This document shows, one piece after another, positions 58,069-64,000 of a DNA stretch of 64,000 nt. Under the pieces are notes generated by a model, which saw only the letters and a list, made by a program, of their open reading frames with translations, searched no databases and had not been told where the DNA came from. Source of the stretch: Candidatus Obscuribacteraceae bacterium (GTDB lineage Bacteria; Cyanobacteriota; Vampirovibrionia; Obscuribacterales; Obscuribacteraceae); the NCBI GenBank assembly GCA_044226015.1, contig JBGAHS010000010.1, positions 1-64,000 of the forward strand. Reading direction: 5' to 3'. Both the position numbers and the translations under genes were made by a program. The stretch's first letter is position 1; the number at the start of each line of letters is the position of its first letter.

Positions 58069-60534
58069 CTATTGATTCAATTCTTCTGCAGTAACTGAAT
58101 CCGCAGCTGGCTCAATGAGTTCTGTCTCGCCGTCATTCTTTTTTGGAGCCCGACCCGGTCGTTTTCGCTCTGTGGAAGACTCGTTGCCAATCGGATGATC
58201 GGAGCAATTGATGAAAATCTCGCCATTACGCAACTCTATTCGAGCATAACCTCCGTTCTCAAGTTTGCCAAACAGCAACTCTTCCGACAATGGTTCTTTG
58301 ACAGATTTTTGAATCAATCTGGACATCGGGCGAGCCCCGTAAAGGCGATCATAACCCTTTTCAGCTAGGAAGACCTTAGCTTCATCTGTGATGGCAAATT
58401 TGACGTTTTTCTCCACCAATTGCAGGTCCAATTCTTTCAGGAATTTCTCCACAACATGTTTGATATTTTCGATGCTAAGTTGATTGAAAGGTATAAGTGC
58501 ATCGAGGCGATTTCTAAATTCTGGAGAAAAAGTGCTTTCGATGGCACTCTTCGATTTTCCTGCGCCGAAGGCTGAAATTGCACCAGATTTGGTGAGCATC
58601 GCTTTGCCAGCTGCCAGATCCTTCTCAGCATCTTTGCTGGTAAAGGAAGCCTTGAATCCGATGTCTTCAGACACAAGGTCGCGTGCGCCGGCGTTCGTGG
58701 TCATGCACAAAATGACATTGCGGAAGTCAGCTCTTTTGCCATTGTTGTCCGTAAGTGTTGCGTTATCCATAACCTGCAACAATATACTAAAAAGGTCTGG
58801 ATGGGCTTTTTCAATTTCGTCCAGCACAAGCACCGCGTGCGGTGACTTTATGATTGCATCAGTGAGCAGTCCACCCTGGTCAAATCCGACATAACCGGGA
58901 GGTGCGCCGATAAGTCGCGAAACCGTATGTTTCTCCATGTATTCGCTCATGTCGAAACGCAGAAATTGGATACCCAGAATTCTTGCCATTTGTTTCGCCA
59001 GCTCGGTTTTACCGACACCTGTTGGACCTGAAAACAAGAACGAACCTATTGGCTTAGTTGCGTTCCCTAAACCGGCTCGTTGCAATTTTATTGCTCGAGT
59101 TACTTGCTCAATTGCGTGGTCCTGCCCAAAAATTACCGATTTTAATTCTGACTCAAGTTGGTGCAATCTCTCTTTATCGCTTGCAGAAACTGTCTCAGTT
59201 GGAATTTTTGCGGTTCCAGCGATTACTTGTTCAATATCTGTTACGTCAACAATTTTTTCGGGGCGCTCTTCCTCAGAAAGGAGTTTTACCAGCGCGCCAG
59301 CCTCATCAATTGTATCGATGGCCTTATCAGGCAAAAATCTATCGTAAATGTATTTTGAAGACAAGACCGCAGCCGCGTTTAAGGCTTCATCTGTGTATTT
59401 AACTTTGTGGTGCTCTTCATAATACTTCTGAAGACCCTTGAGAATTTTCAACGTATCTTCAACACTTGGCTCTGATACCTCAATCTTTTGAAAGCGTCTA
59501 GCTAGCGCTTTGTCTCTTTCGAAAGAGGCTTTATATTCAGCATAAGTTGTCGAACCGATACAGCGCAATTCGCCTGTTTGCAGAGCTGGTTTGAGGATGT
59601 TTGATGCATCCATTGTTCCGCCTTCGACAGCTCCGGCTCTTACGATTGTGTGAATTTCGTCAATGAAAAGAATTACCCCAGGTTTCTTCTGCAAAGCCTT
59701 GATCACTGACTTAAGTCTCTGTTCGAATTGCCCTCTAAAACGCGTTCCTGCGATGAGAGCTCCCATGTCTAACGAATAAACTTCGACATTCTTTAACTGT
59801 GCAGGGACTTCTCCATTGTGAATTCGAAGCGCAAGACCTTCTGCAATCGCAGTCTTACCGACGCCTGGTTCACCGACGTAGACAGGGTTGTTTTTTCTTC
59901 TTCTGCACAATACCTGGATCGTTCGTTTTATTTCTGAGTCGCGACCTATGAGTGGATCAATCTTTGTATCTTTTGCTCTTGCAATCAGGTCGACCGTAAA
60001 CATTTCCAGTGGATCTTTCGAGTCACTATCTCTTCCCTCGTGACCATCCATATCAGCATCGCCTTCTGGTGGAACAGGCTTACCAATGTCCGAGAAATCA
60101 TCAATCTTTGAAATTCCGTGAGAAATAAAGTTGAGTACGTCAAGCCTGGTGATGCCTTGTTTGTCGAGCAGAAAAACAGCATATGAATTTCTTTCTTCGT
60201 ACATTGCTGCGAGAATATTGCCACCGTCTATGGTGGTTTGTCCGGAAGAAATGGCTTGAGTTCCAGCCCGTTGTAAGACTCTTTCGAATCCGCTACTAGA
60301 TTCTGGATCCGCAATTATTCCTGGAGGCAGTTGTTCCAGGTTATTCTCCATAAAATTCTCAAGTTCTTTTCTGAGTGTAGAAGCGTTTCCGCCGCATTGT
60401 TTGATTACATTGCTGCCAGTCTTTTCGTCCAGCAAGGCATAAAGCAAATGTTCGAGTGTCAAGTATTCATGACGCCTCTTTTGCGCTTCTTTGTATGCAG
60501 CCTCTAAGGTCTTTTGCAGTTCAGCACTCAACAT
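58069..60534 (-). CDS. clpA: ATP-dependent Clp protease ATP-binding subunit ClpA
   Basis: HEYLTLEHLL N-domain, two AAA modules (GEPGVGKT, GPTGVGKT), no long ClpB middle domain, IGF loop, and position directly downstream of clpS. Confidence 0.95.
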   Translation of the reverse strand: MLSAELQKTLEAAYKEAQKRRHEYLTLEHLLYALLDEKTGSNVIKQCGGNASTLRKELENFMENNLEQLPPGIIADPESSSGFERVLQRAGTQAISSGQTTIDGGNILAAMYEERNSYAVFLLDKQGITRLDVLNFISHGISKIDDFSDIGKPVPPEGDADMDGHEGRDSDSKDPLEMFTVDLIARAKDTKIDPLIGRDSEIKRTIQVLCRRRKNNPVYVGEPGVGKTAIAEGLALRIHNGEVPAQLKNVEVYSLDMGALIAGTRFRGQFEQRLKSVIKALQKKPGVILFIDEIHTIVRAGAVEGGTMDASNILKPALQTGELRCIGSTTYAEYKASFERDKALARRFQKIEVSEPSVEDTLKILKGLQKYYEEHHKVKYTDEALNAAAVLSSKYIYDRFLPDKAIDTIDEAGALVKLLSEEERPEKIVDVTDIEQVIAGTAKIPTETVSASDKERLHQLESELKSVIFGQDHAIEQVTRAIKLQRAGLGNATKPIGSFLFSGPTGVGKTELAKQMARILGIQFLRFDMSEYMEKHTVSRLIGAPPGYVGFDQGGLLTDAIIKSPHAVLVLDEIEKAHPDLFSILLQVMDNATLTDNNGKRADFRNVILCMTTNAGARDLVSEDIGFKASFTSKDAEKDLAAGKAMLTKSGAISAFGAGKSKSAIESTFSPEFRNRLDALIPFNQLSIENIKHVVEKFLKELDLQLVEKNVKFAITDEAKVFLAEKGYDRLYGARPMSRLIQKSVKEPLSEELLFGKLENGGYARIELRNGEIFINCSDHPIGNESSTERKRPGRAPKKNDGETELIEPAADSVTAEELNQ

Positions 60535-60554
60535 TGCTTTTGCTCTCTCTTTGT

Positions 60555-60881
60555 TTACTCTTTTTCCATCGAACACAGGAGTGGGTATTCATTTTGTCTA
60601 GCCATCGCCGTAACTTTATTTATCTTCGACTCAGCGATTTCGTAGGTGAAGACTCCAGCCACCCCGACTCCCCTGTTATGTACTTCTAGCATGATTCGTC
60701 TTGCAGTTGGCTCGTCTTTGTAAAACACGCTCATCAAAATGAAGACAACAAAGTCCATGCTTGTGTAATCGTCGTTATGAAGCAGAACTTTGTATAACGG
60801 TGGTTTCTCAGTCTTTTTCTGAGTTTCCGTTGCTACACCAGTCGCAGAGCCCTCGGAAGGGTCGTCTTCCCAATCAGACAT
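60555..60881 (-). CDS. clpS: Clp protease adaptor ClpS
   Basis: YKVLLHNDDYTSMDFVV...IMLEVH..G.GVAGVFTYEIAESK...YPL. Confidence 0.97.
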   Translation of the reverse strand: MSDWEDDPSEGSATGVATETQKKTEKPPLYKVLLHNDDYTSMDFVVFILMSVFYKDEPTARRIMLEVHNRGVGVAGVFTYEIAESKINKVTAMARQNEYPLLCSMEKE

Positions 60882-61628
60882 TCACTGTTCTCCACACAGA
60901 AAGTTCGTGATACTGTCGCGCACCGCAGTGCCCGGAATGTACCCTTCACGTTCCACACGTGCATGGCGTTCAAACCCAACTTTGACGATATCAAAAGACG
61001 CTCGCAGATCTCTTGAAAACCTCGATGGATACTGATTTCTGAGCCTTGGCTTATCTTAGCGCGAATAAATATTGCGAGATGTAAACTTAGCCACTTTTGG
61101 GATTGTTGATGAACATTAACTGGAGGATAGTGAGAGAAGGGTTAAATCAATTGGGTTTCGGGAATTGGCGCTTGCTGGCGAGATTACTTCGCGAGCGGAG
61201 GTTAGTATTATGCCGAATCTTTTGCCGCTTTCTCAGAAAGCTGCTCAGAGTTCTTTTTCAGTGCGTTTAGACATGGAATGCTCTAAACCGTCTCTTTGCG
61301 GGAGAATTGAGGGAATCACCGGTTCACGAATTATCGGCAATTCGGTGCGGTATCAAATTATTTGGGACAGTCTCTTGGGAACCAGAGGCGTTAAGACAAA
61401 CGAAAGGTTTTAGCGCTTGGTCCAAAAATGGTAGCTAAGAGGAGCGCTTATCTTGTCTCTCTTTAATGTTCTGACTCGATGCTCTCTTGACTCTTGGTAG
61501 TACCAAATTTGGTGCCTGCTCTGTAAGCAGACCTGCATGCAAATGTTTCTGCAATTCAGTGAAAATCGAATTGAATTGCCAATGCTGCAAGTGCTTTTGT
61601 CGATTGCGAGTGCTTGTGTGTTGTTGCC

Positions 61629-61812
61629 AGTGACGATGAGTGTCGCCAATTACGAAGCGTGAGGACAGCGACGATGCGTGAAGGTAGTGATACGTGATGT
61701 CAGTGACGATGTGTGAGGACCGTGATACGTCATGTAAGTGACGATGCGTGAGGACCGCGACCATGCGTGAAGCCCGCGATACATGATGTCAGTGACGATG
61801 CGTGAAGCGTGT
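61629..61812. repeat. Degenerate compound repeat
   Basis: Recurrent GTGACGATG(C/T)GTGA and GATAC(G/A)TGATGTCA blocks. Confidence 0.7.
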
Positions 61813-61871
61813 TCAATTGACGAGTAAGAGAAGGCAGCAGTTTCAAAAAAATTTCCAGTACGGAAGGTCAA

Positions 61872-62456
61872 ATGATTTCAAGTTCAAATTTATCAACTGC
61901 ACAGGCATCGACTGCCAATTTCCTCTCTGAACACGGTTGGGCTATCTGCCTGCCGTTGGGTTGGAATGCCCTTCCAAAATGTGAACAGGAGACGAATTTT
62001 GGTCTCAATACCATAGAAGTTTTTGCACATCCGAATGACCCCTCACTTTCCTTGACTTGGATGTGTTCTTCAAGCCAGTTTAGTATTGAATTGCTAGAGC
62101 GCTTCGCGTTTGTTTCTAAACACCCTGGATTGATACCACCTGCGGAGGCACAGTCTTTAATTTCTTCAGTTTTCCCACTGATGGGACGGGTAGTCACCGC
62201 ATATGCAGTGCAACTGGCTGATGGTCAGCCAGCGATAGAGCTGACTGAAGAAATCCAATCTTTTGCCGGCGGAGCTGAACCTTTGAGAGCCTATCACCTT
62301 TTGTTTCCTGCGCGTGGCCATGGCAAAGAGAGTGGTCCAGAAAAGATGCAGCAGTTGGTTTTCTATGCAAGACAGAGTAAATTCTCGCAAGAAATCGTCG
62401 GTGTCATTCAGTCCGCGCGCTCATTTCAACTTGCGAAGTTCCAATCAAAGCTTTAA
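61872..62456 (+). CDS. Hypothetical protein
   Basis: 194-aa ORF with an ATG start; no confident family assignment. Confidence 0.6.
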   Translation: MISSSNLSTAQASTANFLSEHGWAICLPLGWNALPKCEQETNFGLNTIEVFAHPNDPSLSLTWMCSSSQFSIELLERFAFVSKHPGLIPPAEAQSLISSVFPLMGRVVTAYAVQLADGQPAIELTEEIQSFAGGAEPLRAYHLLFPARGHGKESGPEKMQQLVFYARQSKFSQEIVGVIQSARSFQLAKFQSKL

Positions 62457-62537
62457 CCGCCAGCGCACCAGCGCTAAATTAAACGAGGTCAGAGGCAGCG
62501 CTATTTTCATTTAGCGCTGCTTTTGATTTTGACGAGG

Positions 62538-62953
62538 CAGGAGAAGGGATCCGGTATCAGGAGAAGGGCGATGGGAAGTATCAGGAGAAGGGCGCCGGTA
62601 TCAGGAGAAGGGATCCGGTATCAGGAGAAGGGCGCCGGTATCAGGAGAAGGGATCCGGTATCAGGAGAAGGGCGCCGGTATCAGGAGAAGGGATCCGGTA
62701 TCAGGAGAAGGAATCCGGTATCAGGAGAAGGGATCCGGTATCAGGAGAAGGGCGCCGGTATCAGGAGAAGGAATCCGGTATCAGGAGAAGGGATCCGGTA
62801 TCAGGAGAAGGGCACCGGTATCAGGAGAAGGGATCCGGTATCGGAAGAAGGGATCCGGTATCAGGAGAAGGGATCCGGTATCAGGAGAAGGGCGCTGGTA
62901 TCAGGAGAAGGAATCCGGTATCAGGAGAAGGGCGCTGGTATCAGGAGAGGGGC
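62538..62953. repeat. 20-bp tandem array, about 21 units
   Basis: CAGGAGAAGGG(AT/CG)CCGGTAT units. Confidence 0.96.
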
Positions 62954-63254
62954 ACCACCTGGTTGCGGAGTCAGTCAGGCAAGTGGCTGGCTCTTGTGAT
63001 AATGGTGAATTCTTTGGTTAAAGCGGCACCGCTTACCGCATTAAAGCGGAGCAACTGGCAGGTTTGGCGGGATGATCTTCCCATTGTGACGGCTAAAGTC
63101 ACAAAATAATATTGTTCGAAATGACCCATACTGACTTGGGTCTGCTGGTTTAATGTTGAATTGTTAGAACGCATTAATTAGACCTGTTCAAACAGATAAA
63201 GACAATGGAAAGTGGAGTTTGTTGGCTTATATTCCTTCGAGAGAGAGGCACGAG

Positions 63255-64000
63255 ATGTCTTTTCGATTTGTACTTTTGTCATTCTGTATTTGTTTGGCAG
63301 GACTTTACTCTATGCCCTGGTCTATGGCTAAGGATAAAGAGCAGGAAGTGATTCTTCCGTCTGCCGAGGCGAACAAAGAATTTACTCCTCTGCTTGTACC
63401 AGCCGAAGCCAAGGCTTGTGGTATCAGTCTTAGTGGCAGTGCGAAACTATATCAACTTGAACCGGGTGCGTTTCAACTTGGATGTGGTTGTGTGCTTATT
63501 CACACCGAAGAACCAATAAATGTGAAAACTTGCAGAGCGATGGTATCTGCGAAGAATGGTGCTACAGTCGTTATCGGAGCCAAATCCGATGCAACGAGAA
63601 TCCTAAATTTGAGTGATAGAAAGCACGATAGTGTCAGAGTTATTTTCGGACGAAATCATGTAACTCTCAATCCAGGCGAAGAAATAGTCGTTGTTAGCAA
63701 TCAGCTATCGGACTTCGAGAAGAACGCCATGGAAGAGGTGATCCGCTATCGCAACGCGCAGTCTTTGCAGGTTTCGCCGGAATACAAAGCCGTAGTGTTT
63801 GAGTTCTCACTCACTGATGCTATGAAGCGTTGCTTGATTTTCAAACAGCTCAATTCATCGCCGAATCAGCAAGATCATGCGCTGCTAAAGGAAATAATCA
63901 AGACTGCTGCTGCCGTAAATACGATGTTCTCCAAAACCAGAGAAAAGTACACTCACGGAGTTGAGACCACGAAGGTCGCTTCGAACAAAAAGAAGCCAAC
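63255..64000 (+). CDS. Secreted protein resembling the C-terminal domain of the giant exoprotein; runs off the window end
   Basis: Hand translation MSFRFVLLSFCICLAGLYSMPWSMAKDKEQ... stays open to the window end; GAGG RBS; absent from the supplied ORF track. Confidence 0.85.
   Translation, partial: MSFRFVLLSFCICLAGLYSMPWSMAKDKEQEVILPSAEANKEFTPLLVPAEAKACGISLSGSAKLYQLEPGAFQLGCGCVLIHTEEPINVKTCRAMVSAKNGATVVIGAKSDATRILNLSDRKHDSVRVIFGRNHVTLNPGEEIVVVSNQLSDFEKNAMEEVIRYRNAQSLQVSPEYKAVVFEFSLTDAMKRCLIFKQLNSSPNQQDHALLKEIIKTAAAVNTMFSKTREKYTHGVETTKVASNKKKP

Noticed and set aside
62523..62999. 158-aa repetitive ORF, and similar ORFs over the arrays at 18570-18841, 30235-30582, 32954-33643, 54826-55276 and 56550-56810
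   Set aside because: These are translations of tandem DNA repeats with no convincing start signals; treated as non-coding.

Overview
A 64-kb bacterial chromosomal window. The protein repertoire and two tRNA genes without encoded CCA suggest a non-photosynthetic cyanobacterial relative (Vampirovibrionia/Melainabacteria, Obscuribacterales-like); this is inference only. Recognisable genes are a truncated P-type ATPase, a di-haem cytochrome c, Hsp20, a universal stress protein, SOUL, a YbjT-like SDR, an M1 aminopeptidase, Lhr helicase, a YheT-like hydrolase, a VIT/vWA membrane protein, a 3833-aa beta-helix-like exoprotein, a degenerate GGDEF protein, a quinone oxidoreductase, clpS-clpA, tRNA-Lys(CTT) and tRNA-Arg(TCT). 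An accessory segment at about 23.4-30.6 kb holds a 5'-truncated Rhs toxin gene and a tyrosine integrase. Four signals stand out. (1) A ~28-bp palindromic element (AAACGCGAA-N10-TTCGCGTTT) recurs at six loci as 65-bp-spaced doublets, as tandem arrays of 27, 64 and 74 bp period, and as one fragment; in two arrays only the last copy has the complementary right arm. (2) Paired TGTAG(G/A) motifs bracket the integrase, and the first one abuts the point where the Rhs reading frame closes. (3) The ~170-aa C-terminal domain of the giant exoprotein also appears as a stand-alone secreted protein at the window end. (4) Unrelated tandem arrays are very dense, both between and inside genes. No cas genes and no true CRISPR array were seen.
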